A stretch of 64,000 bases of DNA from Myxococcota bacterium (GTDB taxonomy: Bacteria; Myxococcota_A; UBA9160; UBA6930). The notes beneath the pieces are model-generated. The model saw nothing but the letters and a program-made list of their open reading frames with translations, did not search any database and was not told the origin of the DNA. Made by a program: the position numbers and the translations under genes. This document shows positions 13,731 through 27,076 of this stretch, in pieces. Numbering within the stretch: position 1 is the stretch's first letter; every line of letters begins with the position of its first letter. The stretch is from the NCBI GenBank assembly GCA_965223415.1, contig OZ245002.1, positions 5,600,001-5,664,000 of the forward strand. The letters run 5' to 3'.

Positions 13731-13768
13731 CAGATCCTCTCGGCTTCGATCGTGCTGCGCTTGAGCAT
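13730..13768 (-). other. Junction mini-[15 protein letters not shown] bridging carA and carB
   Basis: TGATG overlap with carA stop and TGATG overlap with carB start; 17-bp repeat tgcgcttg(g/a)gcatcaga at 13718-13734 and 13756-13772. Confidence 0.65.
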
Positions 13769-14973
13769 CAGAGTCCCTTGGCGATCTGGGCGCCGCTCAC
13801 CTGCTCGCCGGCTTTGTGTCGGAGGGTCATGGTGCGGAAGCGCTCGAAGAAGTAGCGAACGTCGTGGGGGCCGGGAGAGGCTTCCGGGTGGTACTGGACG
13901 GAGAAGAGCGGTCGCTCCCGGTGGGCGAGGCCCTCGACGGTCTGGTCGTTCAGGTTCACGTGGGTGATCTCGACGGGCTCGCCGGCCTGCTCGAGGGAGT
14001 CGGCCTCCACCGCGTAGCCGTGGTTCTCGGAGCAGATGGCGACCTTGCCCGTGGCCAGGTCCTTGCCCGGCTGGTTGCCCCCGTGATGGCCGAACTTGAG
14101 CTTGCGGGTCCGGCCGCCCAGGGCGAGCCCGAGGATCTGGTGACCGAGGCAGATGCCGAAGAGGGGCAGATCCTGGGAGAGGGAGCGCACGTGGTCGCGC
14201 ACGCCCTGCACCGCCGCCGGGTCGCCCGGTCCGTTCGAGAGGAACACCGCGTCGGGACGCTCGGCGCGCACCTCGTCGGCGGAGGTGGTGGCCGGCACGA
14301 CGGTCACGTCGAAGCCGTGGTCGACGAGCAGGCGCAGGATGTTCCGCTTGACCCCGAAGTCGTAGGCCACCACCCGCAGGCGCGGCTCGGGTACGGGCGA
14401 GGGCGGAAGCTGGCCGGCGATGCCCTCCCAGCCGCCTTCGCTCCACTCGTAGGGGGCGGAGCAGGTGACGTCGGCGACCAGGTCCTGCGCTTCGAGGGGC
14501 GGCGCGCTCCGGGCCCGCTCGAGGAGCGCCGCCTCGTCCTGCTGGGCAGGATCGGTGCTGAGCACGCCGTTCTGGAAGCCGTGGTCGCGGATCCGCCGGA
14601 CCAGGGCGCGCGTATCCAGGCCAGAGATGGCCGGGATCCCGTTGCGCTCCAAGTAGCCCGGCAGGCTCTCGCGTGCCCGGAAGTTCGAGGGCTCCTCGAA
14701 CAGCTCCTTCACGATGAAGCCGCGCAGGAAGGGCCGCTCCGCCTCGTCGTCGACCGGGTTGGCGCCGACGTTCCCGATCTGGGGATAGGTCAGGGTCACG
14801 AGCTGGCCCGCGTAGGAGGGATCCGAGAGGATCTCCTGGTAGCCGGTCATGCTCGTGTTGAAGCAGACCTCGCCGGCCGCGACGGCGGCGGCGCCGTGGG
14901 CCCGCCCGCGGAAGACCGTGCCGTCGGCCAGCACGAGCCGCGCCGGCCGGGGAAGGGAGGGAGGCGTACTCAC
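13768..14973 (-). CDS. carA: Carbamoyl-phosphate synthase small subunit
   Basis: [56 protein letters not shown] 14973 overlaps pyrC stop. Confidence 0.97.
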   Translation of the reverse strand: MSTPPSLPRPARLVLADGTVFRGRAHGAAAVAAGEVCFNTSMTGYQEILSDPSYAGQLVTLTYPQIGNVGANPVDDEAERPFLRGFIVKELFEEPSNFRARESLPGYLERNGIPAISGLDTRALVRRIRDHGFQNGVLSTDPAQQDEAALLERARSAPPLEAQDLVADVTCSAPYEWSEGGWEGIAGQLPPSPVPEPRLRVVAYDFGVKRNILRLLVDHGFDVTVVPATTSADEVRAERPDAVFLSNGPGDPAAVQGVRDHVRSLSQDLPLFGICLGHQILGLALGGRTRKLKFGHHGGNQPGKDLATGKVAICSENHGYAVEADSLEQAGEPVEITHVNLNDQTVEGLAHRERPLFSVQYHPEASPGPHDVRYFFERFRTMTLRHKAGEQVSGAQIAKGL

Positions 14974-16265
14974 GGAACGATCACCCCCCGGTCCACGTGG
15001 TAGACGAGGCCGCCGTCGACGAAGGTGGCCACCGGCCGCCCGATCATCTCCTGCCCGGCCCACGGAGAGTTCCGGCTCTTCGAGTAGCCCTTGGCCGGGT
15101 CGTAGACCCACCTGCGTTCCGGGTCGAGCACGGCGACGTCCCCTGGCGCGCCCCGCGCGAGCCGCCCGCCGGGAAGGCCGAACACCTGGGCCGGGTTCGA
15201 GGTGAGCGACGCGATCAGGGTGGTCACCGGGATGCGGTCCTCGCGGACGAGCCCCATCACCACCGGGTAGGCCGTCTCGAACCCCAGGACGCCGGGGGGC
15301 GCCTCGGTGAACTCCACCTCCTTCTCGTGGACCGCGTGGGGCGCGTGGTCGGTGGCGATGGCGTCGAGGGTGCCGTCGGCCAGGCCCTGGACGCAGGCCT
15401 CCACGTCGGCGCGGCTGCGCAGCGGCGGCGCCATCTTCGTGTTCGTGTCGTAGCCCAGGGAGGCCTCGTCGGTGAGTGCCAGGTGGTGGGGCGTCACCTC
15501 CGCGGTCACGTGGACGCCGCGCTCCCGGGCCTCCCGGATCTGCGCGACGGCGCCGGCGGTCGAGACGTGGCCGACGTGGAGATGGGCTCCGGTGAGCTCG
15601 GCCAGCTGGATGTCCCGGGCGACGTGGACGGTCTCGGCCACGGCAGGATTGCCCGGAAGCCCGAGCCGGGTCGAGATGGGGCCTTCGTTTACGACCCCCT
15701 CCCGCACCAGGGTGCGATCCTCCGCGTGCACCATCACCGGCTTCTCGACCAGCCGCGAGTACTCGAGCACGCGGCGCTGCATGTCGCTGTCCATGATCGT
15801 GCGCCCGTCGTCGCTGAAGGCGACGGCGCCGGCCTCGACCAGGGCGGACATCTCGGTCATCACCTCGCCCTGGAGCCCCTTCGTGGCAGCCGCGACCGGG
15901 TAGATGCGCACCGGGCAATCCTGCCGCGCTCGATCGAGGATGTAGTCGGTCACCGCCGGGTCGTCGTTCGCGGGCTGCGTGTTGGCCATGCAGGCCAGGC
16001 CGGTGAAGCCTCCGGCCGCTCCCGCCCGGCCGCCGGAGGAAATGTCCTCCTTGTACTCCTGGCCGGGCTCGCGCAGGTGGGTGTGGAGGTCGATGAACCC
16101 CGGGGTCACCCAGCAGCCTTCGGCGTCCAGGGTCTCGGCGTCGGGGGCGGAGATGTCGTGACCGACGGCCTCCACCCGGCCGTCCTCGAGCAGCACGTCG
16201 GCAACCTCGTCCCGCCCACTGGCCGGGTCGATCACCCGTCCTCCTCGGATCCAGACTCGTCCCAT
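14970..16265 (-). CDS. pyrC: Dihydroorotase
   Basis: [37 protein letters not shown]. Confidence 0.95.
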   Translation of the reverse strand: MGRVWIRGGRVIDPASGRDEVADVLLEDGRVEAVGHDISAPDAETLDAEGCWVTPGFIDLHTHLREPGQEYKEDISSGGRAGAAGGFTGLACMANTQPANDDPAVTDYILDRARQDCPVRIYPVAAATKGLQGEVMTEMSALVEAGAVAFSDDGRTIMDSDMQRRVLEYSRLVEKPVMVHAEDRTLVREGVVNEGPISTRLGLPGNPAVAETVHVARDIQLAELTGAHLHVGHVSTAGAVAQIREARERGVHVTAEVTPHHLALTDEASLGYDTNTKMAPPLRSRADVEACVQGLADGTLDAIATDHAPHAVHEKEVEFTEAPPGVLGFETAYPVVMGLVREDRIPVTTLIASLTSNPAQVFGLPGGRLARGAPGDVAVLDPERRWVYDPAKGYSKSRNSPWAGQEMIGRPVATFVDGGLVYHVDRGVIVP

Positions 16266-16267
16266 GG

Positions 16268-17202
<935 letters not shown>

Positions 17203-17206
<4 letters not shown>

Positions 17207-17829
17207 GCCGGCGCCCCCCCGGACCCGGACCCGGCGCGCAGGAGCACCACCTCGAGGGGATCGCCCTGGGCCCCGTCCTCGGTCCGCATCTTCACCAGGT
17301 CGTCGCGCTGCGTGGGGATGTTCTTGCCCACGTAGTCGATCTTGATCGGCAGCTCCCGGTGGCCGCGGTCGACCAGGGCCACCACCTGCACCGCCCGGGG
17401 GCGCCCGAAGTCCATCAGCGCGTCCATGGCGGCGCGGATCGTGCGGCCGGTGCTGCACACGTCGTCCACCAGGATCACCACCCGGTCGTCGACGGCGGAG
17501 GGCATCTCGGTAAGGCGCAGCTGGGGACGCCGGCCGCTCGAGATCAGGTCGTCCCGATAGAGGGTCGTGTCGAGGACCCCCACCAGCGGCTCCTGGTCGG
17601 CCACATCGGCGAGGTTCTCGGCCAGCCGCCGGGCCAGGGGCACCCCGCCGTTGGGGATGCCGACGAGGTAGAGGATCTCCGTGTCCTCGTTGCGCTCGAC
17701 GATCTCGTGGGCGATGCGCATGAGGGCGCGCCGGATCGCGACGCCGTCCATCAGGACCTGGGACACGAGGGGCGGGCCTTCCGACGATGCGCCGGCGTTC
17801 GTCTGGCCTTGAGGGGAGTGGTTCGCCAC
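17203..17829 (-). CDS. pyrR: Bifunctional pyr operon regulator / uracil phosphoribosyltransferase
   Basis: [53 protein letters not shown]. Confidence 0.96.
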
Positions 17830-17835
17830 CTCGGT

Positions 17836-17868
17836 CCTTTCCCCGCCTCACCGGACGGGATTAAAAGG
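17836..17868 (-). promoter_or_regulatory. PyrR-binding RNA element
   Basis: Minus strand CCUUUUAAUCCCGUCCGGUGAGGCGGGGAAAGG resembles the PyrR consensus CUUUAA..AGUCCnGnGAGGCU..AAGG; ends 6 nt before the pyrR GTG. Confidence 0.85.
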
Positions 17869-17939
17869 TCTCGAGCCGGCGCGGAGGATACCCACTCGGG
17901 GGCCCCCTGCCACGAACGGCGTTCGGGGCCCGCAGGCGG

Positions 17940-18785
17940 CTAGCCCGCGGCGTTCTCCGGGACCGGCGGCAGCGCCTCCCCCTCCTCGAAGCACTCGGAG
18001 AGACCGCCCATCCGACCCCAGCGGGTCTCCCCGGTGAGGTTCCGGATCCAGGTCAGGGGGTTCAGCAGCTCGAGCCAGCCGCCGTTCCAGTTCCAGGACC
18101 AGTAGAGCAGGCCGGCCGGCCCGGCGAGCTCATTGCGACGGACGGTTCCGAAGCGGCGCCCGTCGTGGGAGTTGTCCCGGTTGTCGCCCATGAAGAAGAA
18201 GCGGCCTTCCTTCACGGTGAGCTCGGGAACGTCCGGATGCAGGAACCGCGGGTCGTCGAGCACGAAGTGCCGGCAGGAGCCCAGGGTCTCGACGTGGACG
18301 TCGAAGCGCCGGCCGCTCGCGTCGGTGAAGGTGCGCCCGGTGTCCTCGAGGGGAAGGGTCGTCCCGTTCAGGATCAGACGCTGGTCCCGATAGGCGATGC
18401 GGTCGCCGGGGAGGCCCACGAGGCGCTTCACGAAGGCGTCCGTGCGCAGGCCCTCCCGCTGATCGGCGGGGTAGATGCCCCCTCGGCCGTCCCGGGCCAG
18501 ATCGAAGACGATGATCTCGCCGCGCTCGGGATCGCGCAGGGAGGGCAGCTGGATCTCGGTGAAGGGCACCCGGGCGCCGAAGACGAACTTGTTGACGAAC
18601 ACGTGGTCGCCCACGAGGAGCGTCGGGAACATCGAGTCCGATGGCACGTAGAAGGTCTGGAAGAGGAAGGTCCGGATCAGGAGCGCGACGGCGACGGCGG
18701 CGGCCAGGGTCGGCAGCTCTTCCAGGAAGGTCGGCTTGGCCGGGGGCTCCTCCTCTTCGGCCCGGGCCTCCGCGCGGTCGTTCAC
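17940..18785 (-). CDS. lepB: Signal peptidase I
   Basis: [44 protein letters not shown] 18785 overlaps lepA stop. Confidence 0.95.
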   Translation of the reverse strand: MNDRAEARAEEEEPPAKPTFLEELPTLAAAVAVALLIRTFLFQTFYVPSDSMFPTLLVGDHVFVNKFVFGARVPFTEIQLPSLRDPERGEIIVFDLARDGRGGIYPADQREGLRTDAFVKRLVGLPGDRIAYRDQRLILNGTTLPLEDTGRTFTDASGRRFDVHVETLGSCRHFVLDDPRFLHPDVPELTVKEGRFFFMGDNRDNSHDGRRFGTVRRNELAGPAGLLYWSWNWNGGWLELLNPLTWIRNLTGETRWGRMGGLSECFEEGEALPPVPENAAG

Positions 18786-20584
18786 GACTCGTCCCCGAGC
18801 TTGAGCGCGGCCAGGAAGGCCTCCTGGGGGATCTCCACGGAGCCCACCCTCTTCATGCGCCGCTTTCCTTCCTTCTGCTTCTCGAGGAGCTTGCGCTTGC
18901 GGGTGATATCGCCGCCGTAGCACTTGGCGGTGACGTTCTTGCGCAGCGCCCGTACCGTGGTCCGGGCCACGACCTTGGAGCCGATCGCCGCTTGGATCGC
19001 CACCTCGAACATCTGCCGCGGGATGAACTCCTTCAGCTTCCTCGCCAGCTCGCCGCCCCGGGCCTGGGCCTTGTCCCGGTGGACGATGAGCGAGAGCGCG
19101 TCCACGGGATCGCCGTTCACCAGGATGTCGAGCTTCACCAGCGGGGCCGCGACGTAGCCGATCAGGTCGTAGTCGTAGGAGCCGAAGCCGCGGGTGGCGC
19201 TCTTGATGCGATCGTGGAAGTCGGCCACGACCTCGGCCAGCGGCAGCTCGTAGCGGATCTGCACCCGGCTTCCGTGGACGCTCATGTCCCGTTGCCGACC
19301 GCGCCGATCCTGGCAGAGGGCGATCACCGCGCCGACGAACTCCTGAGGAACGTGGATTGTCGCCAGGATGGCGGGCTCCTCGATCGCCTCGATCAGCGTC
19401 GCATCCGGGAGCGCCGCCGGCGTCTCGATCTCGATGGTCTCGCCGTCCTTCTGGACGACGCGGTAGCGCACGGTGGGCGCCGTTGTGACGAGGGCCAGAT
19501 CGTACTCGCGCTCGAGCCGCTCCTGGATGATCTCGCAGTGGAGGAAGCCCAGGAACCCGCAGCGGAAGCCGAAGCCGAGGGCGGCGCTTGTCTCGGGTTC
19601 GTATTGGAAGGAGGCGTCGTTGAGCCGCAGCTTCTCGAGAGCGGCCTTCAGGGACGGGTAGTCCTCCGCGTCCACCGGATACAGGCCGCTGAAGACCATG
19701 GGCTTCACCTCGCGGAAGCCCGGCAGGGGCTCCGGCGCCGGCGCGCCGGCGGCGGTGAGGGTGTCTCCGATCTTCACGTCCTGCAGCGTTTTGATCCCGC
19801 AGATCACCACGCCCACCTCGCCGGCGCCCAGCTCCTTCACCTGGCGGGGGTGCGGATCGACGACGTGGAGCTCCTGCACGTCGTGCTCGCTCCCCTCGGC
19901 CATCAGCTTCACGCGGCTTCCCTTGGCGAGGGAACCGTCGACTACGCGTACCAGGGCGGCGACGCCCACGAAGGAGTCGAACCACGCGTCGAAGATCAGG
20001 GCACGCAGGGGAGCCTTCGCGCTTCCGCGGGGCGGCGGGACCTCCGCCACGATCCGCTCGAGGAGCTCGTCGACGCCGGTCCCGTCCTTGGCCGAGACCG
20101 GAAGCACGAGAGAGGCGTCGAGGCCGATCACGTCCTCCACCTCCTGGGCCGCGCCCTCCGGATCGGCGGCGGGGAGATCGATCTTGTTGGCGATAGGGAG
20201 GATCTCGAGGTCCGCATCGATGGCCAGGTAGGCATTGGCGAGGGTCTGGGCCTCGATGCCCTGGGAGGCGTCGACCACCAGCACCGCGCCCTCGCAGGCC
20301 TCGAGCGCCCGGGAGACCTCGTAGGAGAAGTCCACGTGGCCGGGCGTGTCGATCAGGTTCAGGACGTAGTCCTGGCCATCCTTCGCCCGGTAGGCCATCC
20401 GCGCCGTCTGGGCCTTGATCGTGATGCCCCGCTCCTGCTCCAGCTCCATCTTGTCGAGGAACTGGTCCCGCCGCTCGCGTTCGCCGAGCGTGCCGGTCGC
20501 ATCGAGCAGGCGATCGGCAAGGGTGCTCTTGCCGTGATCGATATGCGCGATGATGCAGAAGTTGCGGATGCGCGAAGCTTCCAT
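18782..20584 (-). CDS. lepA: Elongation factor 4
   Basis: [45 protein letters not shown]. Confidence 0.98.
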   Translation of the reverse strand: MEASRIRNFCIIAHIDHGKSTLADRLLDATGTLGERERRDQFLDKMELEQERGITIKAQTARMAYRAKDGQDYVLNLIDTPGHVDFSYEVSRALEACEGAVLVVDASQGIEAQTLANAYLAIDADLEILPIANKIDLPAADPEGAAQEVEDVIGLDASLVLPVSAKDGTGVDELLERIVAEVPPPRGSAKAPLRALIFDAWFDSFVGVAALVRVVDGSLAKGSRVKLMAEGSEHDVQELHVVDPHPRQVKELGAGEVGVVICGIKTLQDVKIGDTLTAAGAPAPEPLPGFREVKPMVFSGLYPVDAEDYPSLKAALEKLRLNDASFQYEPETSAALGFGFRCGFLGFLHCEIIQERLEREYDLALVTTAPTVRYRVVQKDGETIEIETPAALPDATLIEAIEEPAILATIHVPQEFVGAVIALCQDRRGRQRDMSVHGSRVQIRYELPLAEVVADFHDRIKSATRGFGSYDYDLIGYVAAPLVKLDILVNGDPVDALSLIVHRDKAQARGGELARKLKEFIPRQMFEVAIQAAIGSKVVARTTVRALRKNVTAKCYGGDITRKRKLLEKQKEGKRRMKRVGSVEIPQEAFLAALKLGDES

Positions 20585-21534
20585 CAGCCGCTCTTGAGAG
20601 CCTCCACGAAGTAGTCCCGGGTGCGGGCCAGGCCCTCCTCGGGGCCGATTTCCGGCTCCCAGCCGAGGACGCTACGAGCCACCGTGATGTCCGGGCGGCG
20701 GACCTTGGGATCGTCGGGCGGCAGCTCGTGGTAGACGATCCGTGACGAGCTCTGGACCAGCTCGATGATGGTCTTGGCGAGGTCGAGCATCGAGATCTCG
20801 GCCTCGCTCCCGATGTTCACCGGCATGACGTGGTCCGAGGCCAGCAGGCGCCAGATCCCCTCCACGAGATTGCTGACGTAGTTGATCGAGCGGGTCTGGG
20901 AACCTTCCCCGTAGACGGTCACGTCCTCGCCGCGGATCGCCTGGGTGAAGAAGTTCGGGATCGCCCGGCCGTCGTCGATCTGCATGCGCGGCCCGAAGGT
21001 GTTGAAGATCCGCACGATCCGCGTCGCCACCCCGTGATGTCGATGATAGGCCATGGTCATGGCCTCGGCGAAGCGCTTGGCCTCGTCGTAGACGCCGCGA
21101 ATGCCGACCGGGTTCACGTTGCCCCAGTAGGTCTCGGGCTGAGGGCTCACGTCGGGATCGCCGTAGCACTCGGAGGTGCTCGCCAGGAGGAAGCGCGCCC
21201 CCTTCGCCTTGGCGAGGCCCAGGGCCTTGTGGGTGCCGAGGGAGCCGACCTTGAGGATCTGGATCGGCAGCCGCTCGAAGTCCTTCGGACTGGCCGGCGA
21301 CGCGAAGTGCAGGATCGCGTCCAGGGGCCCGTCCACGTGCAGGTAGTTCGTGACGTCGTAGTGCTCGAAGGAGAAGCGCGGGTGACCGAGCAGCTCGGAG
21401 ATGTTCGACATGCTGCCCGTCAGCAGGTTGTCGAAGACGATCACCTCGCAGCCCTCGTCGAGAAGGCGTCGGCAGAGGTGCGAGCCGATGAAGCCCGCCC
21501 CTCCGGTGACCAGCACACGAGCGAATTCCGTCAT
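20584..21534 (-). CDS. UDP-glucuronate decarboxylase-like NAD-dependent epimerase/dehydratase
   Basis: [48 protein letters not shown]; start ATG 21534. Confidence 0.9.
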   Translation of the reverse strand: MTEFARVLVTGGAGFIGSHLCRRLLDEGCEVIVFDNLLTGSMSNISELLGHPRFSFEHYDVTNYLHVDGPLDAILHFASPASPKDFERLPIQILKVGSLGTHKALGLAKAKGARFLLASTSECYGDPDVSPQPETYWGNVNPVGIRGVYDEAKRFAEAMTMAYHRHHGVATRIVRIFNTFGPRMQIDDGRAIPNFFTQAIRGEDVTVYGEGSQTRSINYVSNLVEGIWRLLASDHVMPVNIGSEAEISMLDLAKTIIELVQSSSRIVYHELPPDDPKVRRPDITVARSVLGWEPEIGPEEGLARTRDYFVEALKSG

Positions 21535-22430
21535 CAAGCAGCTCCTTTCGCGCAGGCCCGGGGGGCTTCCGGGGTCTCGAGGTAGGCCGCCAGGGCCTCT
21601 CGCCAGGGACGCATCGGCACGCCGGCGCTCCGGGCTTTGGTGCAATCCAGCACCGAGTAGCGGGGCCGTGGCGCGGGCAGCCCCAGGGCGCCAGTGGCGA
21701 TCCGCTCGATGGGTACGGCGTCGAAGCCGCGCAGGTCGAGGGCCTCGCGGGCCAGGTCCCACCAGGTGGCCTCGCCGTCGTTTGCGAAGTGGACGAGCCC
21801 CGTAGCGCCCCATTCCAGCAGGAAGAGGATCGCCGTCGCCAGATCCTCCGCCCAGGTCGGGCGCCCGCGCTGGTCGTCGACCACACGGAGGCCCGAGCCC
21901 TCGGCCAGGGCCCGCTGGGCCTGCTCGAGCACCGCCCCGACGAAGTTGCGACCCCTCCCGAACACCCAGCTGGTGCGCACGACGAGGGCGTTCGGGTCCG
22001 CTCCGAGCACCGCCCGCTCCCCCTCCCACTTGGTCCGCCCGTAGACGCTCCGGGGCGAAGGCGGCGCCTCCTCGGGAATCGGACGACTGGCCTCGCCGTC
22101 GAAGACGTAGTCCGTCGAGACGTGCACGAAGCGGATCCCGTGGCGGACGCACAGCCGCGCCAGGCCCGCCGGCGCCTCCGCGTTCACCCGGCCGGCCAGC
22201 TCGGGCTCCTCCTCGCAGCGGTCGACGTGGGTGAAGGCCGCCGCGTTGACGAGCAGATCGGGAGGCCCGCCCTCGAGGCCGAGAAGCTCCGCCTCGACCG
22301 CCGCGGCATCCGCCACGTCGAGCTCCAGGTCCCGTCCGTGGAACACGTCGCCCCGGGCCTGGATCTGCCGCCGCAGCGCCGAGCCCAGCTGTCCCTCGGA
22401 GCCGGTCACGAACCAGCGACGGGGCGTCAC
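21534..22430 (-). CDS. rfbD: dTDP-4-dehydrorhamnose reductase
   Basis: [49 protein letters not shown] 22430 overlaps upstream stop. Confidence 0.93.
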   Translation of the reverse strand: MTPRRWFVTGSEGQLGSALRRQIQARGDVFHGRDLELDVADAAAVEAELLGLEGGPPDLLVNAAAFTHVDRCEEEPELAGRVNAEAPAGLARLCVRHGIRFVHVSTDYVFDGEASRPIPEEAPPSPRSVYGRTKWEGERAVLGADPNALVVRTSWVFGRGRNFVGAVLEQAQRALAEGSGLRVVDDQRGRPTWAEDLATAILFLLEWGATGLVHFANDGEATWWDLAREALDLRGFDAVPIERIATGALGLPAPRPRYSVLDCTKARSAGVPMRPWREALAAYLETPEAPRACAKGAA

Positions 22431-22978
22431 CGGGGATCCCGGGAGAGCAGCCACGTCGGGAGGCGGTGCTCCCGCTTGAGACGCGCGGCGAGCTGCTCCG
22501 CCTCCTCCCGTTCGGCGAGCGGCCCCACGCGCACCTTGAAGCGCGCCGAGCCGCCGGTGTCCTCGGCCACGTAGACCGGGAAGCCGGCCTGGCGCAGCTC
22601 CCGGGCCAGGCCCTCGGCCGCCTCGCGCTCGCCGAAGGCACCGACCTGCACGGCGTGCCCCCCACCGCGGGTCGGCGGCGCCGGAGCGGCGACCTGGGGC
22701 CGCTCGGGCGTCCGGGCGGGCACTTCCGCTTCGGCGGGCGGCGCCCCGAGCGGGGTCGGTTCGGCCGGCGGATCGAAGGACGGCGCCCCCTCCCCTTCCA
22801 CGGGCACGGCGGTCGTGCGTCCGCTGAAGTGGTCCATCACCAGGTCCGGCTCCTCCCAGGCCGCGCCGGCGACCAGCCCCACGCCGAAGCCCAGGACGAT
22901 CAGCACGGCGGCGCCGCCCAGGGTGGCGAACCAGCCCGGCCCCTCGCCCTGCCTGCGGCGGCGCTCCCCCTCGCTCAC
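22427..22978 (-). CDS. SPOR domain protein (DedD/FtsN-like)
   Basis: Single TM helix, Pro/Ala linker, C-terminal VQVGAF..FKVRVGP; argS-SPOR synteny. Confidence 0.88.
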   Translation of the reverse strand: MSEGERRRRQGEGPGWFATLGGAAVLIVLGFGVGLVAGAAWEEPDLVMDHFSGRTTAVPVEGEGAPSFDPPAEPTPLGAPPAEAEVPARTPERPQVAAPAPPTRGGGHAVQVGAFGEREAAEGLARELRQAGFPVYVAEDTGGSARFKVRVGPLAEREEAEQLAARLKREHRLPTWLLSRDPR

Positions 22979-24708
22979 ATCCGCTCCGGCGCGGCCATGC
23001 CCAAGAGCTCGAGGCCGCGAGCCAGCACGATGCGCACGCCCTGGGTGAGCCCGAGCCGCGCCGCCGTCAGGCCGGCATCGTCCGTGAGCACCGCGTGGCG
23101 CTGCTTGTCCTGCACGTAGGGATTCCAGAGGCCGGCGACCTCGCGCAGGTAGTAGGCCAGATGGTGGGGCGCGCGGGTCTCGGCGGCTCGCAGCGCCACC
23201 TCGGGCAGCTCGCCGAGCTTCTTGATGAGCTCGATCTCCTCCGGGAGCTCGAGCCGGGAGGTGTCGACCTCTTCCGGGGCCGGCATCGGGACGCCGCGTT
23301 TTCGCGCCTCGCGCTCGATGCCGTGGGTGCGGGCGTGGGCGTACTGCAGGTAGAAGGCCGGGTTCTTGGTCCAGTCCTGCTCCTTGGCCAGGTCGAGATC
23401 GAAATCGAGATGGCTCTCCGGCCGCCGCTGCACCATGAAGAGGCGGAACACATCGGGGCCCACCTCCGCCAGCAGCTCGTCGACGGTGATGAAGGTGGCC
23501 TTGCGCGTCGACTGCTTGACGGTGCGGCCGCCGCTCGAGAGCGTCACGAACTCGTGGAAGACGAACTCGATGCGGTCCGGATCGTGGCCGAGGGCCTGCA
23601 TCGCGGCCCTGACGAACGGCCCCTGGTCCTTGTGGTCGGCCCCCTGCACATCGATCACCGCGTCGAAGCCGCGAGCAAACTTGTCCCGGTGATAGGCGAC
23701 GTCCGGCAGCAGGTAGGTCGGCTCGCCGCTGCTCTTCACGATGACGCGCTCGCGATCGAGACCGAGCTCCGAAAAGCGCAGCCAGACCGCGCCGTCCTCG
23801 TCGTAGACCAGGCCGGTCTCCCGGAGCGCCTCGAGGGTTTCCTCGATCTTGCCGTCGTCGTAGAGGGACTGCTCGCTGAAGTACACGTCGAAGTCGATGT
23901 CGAGGGCGTCCAGGGTCTGGCGGATGTCGTGGAAGATGGTCCGCTCGGCCACCTCGCGGAAGCGCCCGTCGCCGGGCTCGTCGACGAGCGTCTCGGCCTC
24001 CTCGTCGATCAGCTGCCGGGCGATCTCGACGATGTAGTCGCCCTGGTAGCCGTCCTGGGGAAAGACGATCGGCAGTCCGTCCCGCTCCTCCGGCCACGGC
24101 GCCTTCTCGTCGTTCAGCGCTGCGGGATCCGGCGGTGCGGCCCGGCCCAGGCCCTCGAGGTAGCGGGCGCGGACCGAGTCGCCGAGCACCCGCATCTGTC
24201 GCCCGCCGTTGTTGAAGTAGTACTCGCGGGTGATGCGATAGCCCGCGTTCTGCAGGAGCCGCGCGATGCAGTCACCCAGGATCGCTTGGCGGCCGTGCCC
24301 GATGGAGAGGGGACCCGTCGGGTTCGCGGAGACGAACTCCACCTGGACGGGCGCTTCCTTGCCCGCGTCGCTGCGCCCGTAGGCGGTGCCGGCCCGCAGC
24401 AGGTTCCCGAGCAGAGCCTGCCAGCGATCGCCGGAGAGCCAGAGGTTGACGAAGCCCGGCCCCGCGATCTCGGCCCGGGCCACCAGGCCGCCGGCGTCCC
24501 CCAGGGCGGTGATCAGCTCCTGGGCGATCTCCCGGGGCGGCCGCTTCAGGCGCTTCGCCAGCACCATCGCGCCGTTGCAGGCGAAGTCCCCGTGCTCCTT
24601 CTGGCGGGGCGGCTCCACGGAGACCGGCGGCACGGCGCCCTCGTCGCCTGCCGCCACCAGCAGCCGGCCGAGGGCCAGCTGGATCTGCTCCGCCAATCGC
24701 TCCCGCAT
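22975..24708 (-). CDS. argS: Arginine--tRNA ligase
   Basis: EFVSANPTGPLSIGHGR, KQSTRK, YLQYAHAR, C-terminal APERM; GAGGAG RBS before ATG 24708. Confidence 0.96.
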   Translation of the reverse strand: MRERLAEQIQLALGRLLVAAGDEGAVPPVSVEPPRQKEHGDFACNGAMVLAKRLKRPPREIAQELITALGDAGGLVARAEIAGPGFVNLWLSGDRWQALLGNLLRAGTAYGRSDAGKEAPVQVEFVSANPTGPLSIGHGRQAILGDCIARLLQNAGYRITREYYFNNGGRQMRVLGDSVRARYLEGLGRAAPPDPAALNDEKAPWPEERDGLPIVFPQDGYQGDYIVEIARQLIDEEAETLVDEPGDGRFREVAERTIFHDIRQTLDALDIDFDVYFSEQSLYDDGKIEETLEALRETGLVYDEDGAVWLRFSELGLDRERVIVKSSGEPTYLLPDVAYHRDKFARGFDAVIDVQGADHKDQGPFVRAAMQALGHDPDRIEFVFHEFVTLSSGGRTVKQSTRKATFITVDELLAEVGPDVFRLFMVQRRPESHLDFDLDLAKEQDWTKNPAFYLQYAHARTHGIEREARKRGVPMPAPEEVDTSRLELPEEIELIKKLGELPEVALRAAETRAPHHLAYYLREVAGLWNPYVQDKQRHAVLTDDAGLTAARLGLTQGVRIVLARGLELLGMAAPERM

Positions 24709-24745
24709 CGTCTCCTCGACCGGCCGGGCCGGTCTACGGGCGGAC

Positions 24746-25081
24746 CTAGCCCTCGGGGTCACCGGAATCGCGCAGGCGGACCCGGCCATCGGAGTCGGCG
24801 GAATCCCGCAGGATCACGACGGTTTCTCCGGCCCGCGCGAGCCCCAGATCCTCGCGAATGGCGGCTTCGATGGCGAGGGGGTCCCCCTCCAGGCGGCCGG
24901 CCCGGGCCTCATCGGAGGTGATCTCGCGCTCCAGGGCCGCGATCCGGCCGTGGGCGGCGGCCAGATCCTCCCGGAGGCTGAGCCAGCGGCGAATCCCGGT
25001 CTCCGGGTCCACCCAGGCGAACACCCAGGCCGCGGCCAGGATCGCCGGGGCGAGCCACACCTGCCGTGTTCCGAGACGCAC
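24746..25081 (-). CDS. ftsB: Septum formation initiator (FtsB/DivIC family)
   Basis: TM helix, coiled coil, then IEAAIREDLGLARAGETVVI; GTG 25081. Confidence 0.75.
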   Translation of the reverse strand: MRLGTRQVWLAPAILAAAWVFAWVDPETGIRRWLSLREDLAAAHGRIAALEREITSDEARAGRLEGDPLAIEAAIREDLGLARAGETVVILRDSADSDGRVRLRDSGDPEG

Positions 25082-25134
25082 CGAACTCCCCCCGGCCCGG
25101 GAGCATACCGATCCGCCGCCCGGGGGGAAGGCCA

Positions 25135-25647
25135 CTACTCGAGCAGGCGCTCGATGCGGGCGACGTAGGCCGGGGCGTCCCACTCCCGGGGGCCGATGTA
25201 ACGCTCCACGATCATGCCGTCCCGGCCGATCAGGTAGCTCTCGGGGAAGCGCTGGCTCTGGTAGACGCCGGCGACGGTCCGGTCCGGGTCCATCAGGATG
25301 GGGAAGGTCAGCTCGAGACGGTCGCGGAACGGGCGGACCGGCTCGTCGCTGTCGTCGACCGAGACGGCCAGCAGCTCGAAGCCGCGGTCTCGCAGCGCCT
25401 GATAGAGGCGCTCCATGGCGGGCATCTCGTCCTCGCAGGGCTTGCACCAGGTGGCCCAGAAGTTCACCAGCACCACCTGCCCCCGCCGGCTCTCGAGGGC
25501 GACCGATGCGCCGTCGAGATCAGGCAGGGTGAACGCGGGTGCCGGCAGGCCCGCGGAGATCGGGGGCGGCGTGCGCCCTTCGGACAGCAGCCAGCCGATC
25601 CCGACGGCGATGCCGAGACCGAGCAGCATCGCCCCGGCGCGGTGCAT
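25135..25647 (-). CDS. TlpA/ResA family thiol-disulfide oxidoreductase
   Basis: APAFTLPDLDG, LVNFWATWCKPCEDEMP, PESYLIGRDG. Confidence 0.92.
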   Translation of the reverse strand: MHRAGAMLLGLGIAVGIGWLLSEGRTPPPISAGLPAPAFTLPDLDGASVALESRRGQVVLVNFWATWCKPCEDEMPAMERLYQALRDRGFELLAVSVDDSDEPVRPFRDRLELTFPILMDPDRTVAGVYQSQRFPESYLIGRDGMIVERYIGPREWDAPAYVARIERLLE

Positions 25648-25662
25648 GCTGGCACGCCCTCG

Positions 25663-26034
25663 CTACGACTCCGCCGACTCGCGGTCGACCAGCTCTACCA
25701 GGGACATCGGAGCCGCATCGCCGACTCGCTGCCGGACCTTCAGCACCCGGGTGTAGCCGCCGGGCCGCTCCTTGTAGCGATCCGCGAGCTGGTCGAAGAG
25801 CTTGGCCGTCACCTTCCTGTCCCGGATCACCGAGAGCGCCTGGCGCCGCGCGTGCAGGTCGCCGCGCTTGCCGAGGGTGATCATCCGGTCGGCGATGCGG
25901 CGCAGCTCCTTCGCCTTCGCGTCGGTGGTCTCCACGGCCTCGTGATCGAGGAGCGACGTCACGAGATTGCGCAGCATCGCCTTCCGGTGGGCACTCGTGC
26001 GCCCGAGCTTTCCGTGTCGGTATCGATGGCGCAT
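25663..26034 (-). CDS. rplQ: 50S ribosomal protein L17
   Basis: [34 protein letters not shown]. Confidence 0.98.
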   Translation of the reverse strand: MRHRYRHGKLGRTSAHRKAMLRNLVTSLLDHEAVETTDAKAKELRRIADRMITLGKRGDLHARRQALSVIRDRKVTAKLFDQLADRYKERPGGYTRVLKVRQRVGDAAPMSLVELVDRESAES

Positions 26035-26037
26035 CGG

Positions 26038-27063
26038 TCAGGCCTCTCGGTCTCGCGACCGCTGGTCGAGCTCCTTGCGGGAGGGGAAGCTGTCGAGGGC
26101 CATGCCCAGCTCGAGGTCCATCGAGCTCAGCACGTCCTTGATCTCGTTCAGCGACTTCCGGCCGAAGTTCTTCGTCTTCAGCATTTCGCCTTCGGTCCTC
26201 TGCACCAGCTCTCCGATGTAGCGGATGTTGGCGTTCTGCAGACAGTTGGCCGAGCGAACCGAGAGCTCCAGCTCGTCCACCGAGCGGAAGAGGTTCGGGT
26301 TGAGGGGCTCCGGCTCCTCCAGCGCGGAGACCGCCGCCTCTTCCGGCTCCTCGAAGTTGATGAAGATGGCCAGCTGGTCCTTCAGGATCTTGGCGCCATA
26401 GGCCACGGCGTCCGCCGGCTCGACGGAGCCGTCGGTCCAGACCTCGAGGTTCAGCCGGTCGAAGTCCGTATCGCGACCGACCCGCGCCGGCGTGACCGAG
26501 TAGTTCACCTTGCGGACGGGCGAGAAGATCGAGTCGATCGGAATCGTCCCGATCGGCATGTCCTCCTGCTTGTTCCGCTCGGCGAGGCGGTAGCCCTTGC
26601 CCAGCTCGACCGTGCACTCCAACTCCACGTCGGCTTCGCCGGTGAGCGTGCAGATCTTGTGGTCCGGATTCATGATCTCGAGGGTCTGGTCGTCCGACGA
26701 GAGCTCGCCGGCCAGCAGCGAGCCCGCCCCGCTCTTGCGCACCCGCAGGGTCTTCGGACCCTCCGCGTGCATCCGCAGGCGAACCTCCTTCAGGTTCAAG
26801 ATGATGTCCGCCACGTCCTCGGTGACGCCCGGGATCGTCGAGAACTCGTGGAGGACGCCGTTGATCCGCACCGAGGTGATCGCCGCGCCCTGGAGCGAAG
26901 AGAGCAGCACCCGCCGCAGCGAGTTGCCCAGGGTCTGGCCGAAGCCGCGCTCCAGGGGTTCGCAAGAGAAGCGGTTGTAGGTCTGCTGGTCGCCGTCTTC
27001 CGCGTCGAGCCGCCGGGGGCGGATGAGCTGGCGCCAGTTCCGGGTGATGAGTTCCTGCTGCAT
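26038..27063 (-). CDS. rpoA: RNA polymerase subunit alpha
   Basis: [43 protein letters not shown]. Confidence 0.98.
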   Translation of the reverse strand: MQQELITRNWRQLIRPRRLDAEDGDQQTYNRFSCEPLERGFGQTLGNSLRRVLLSSLQGAAITSVRINGVLHEFSTIPGVTEDVADIILNLKEVRLRMHAEGPKTLRVRKSGAGSLLAGELSSDDQTLEIMNPDHKICTLTGEADVELECTVELGKGYRLAERNKQEDMPIGTIPIDSIFSPVRKVNYSVTPARVGRDTDFDRLNLEVWTDGSVEPADAVAYGAKILKDQLAIFINFEEPEEAAVSALEEPEPLNPNLFRSVDELELSVRSANCLQNANIRYIGELVQRTEGEMLKTKNFGRKSLNEIKDVLSSMDLELGMALDSFPSRKELDQRSRDREA

Positions 27064-27076
27064 GTTGGGTTCCCCC

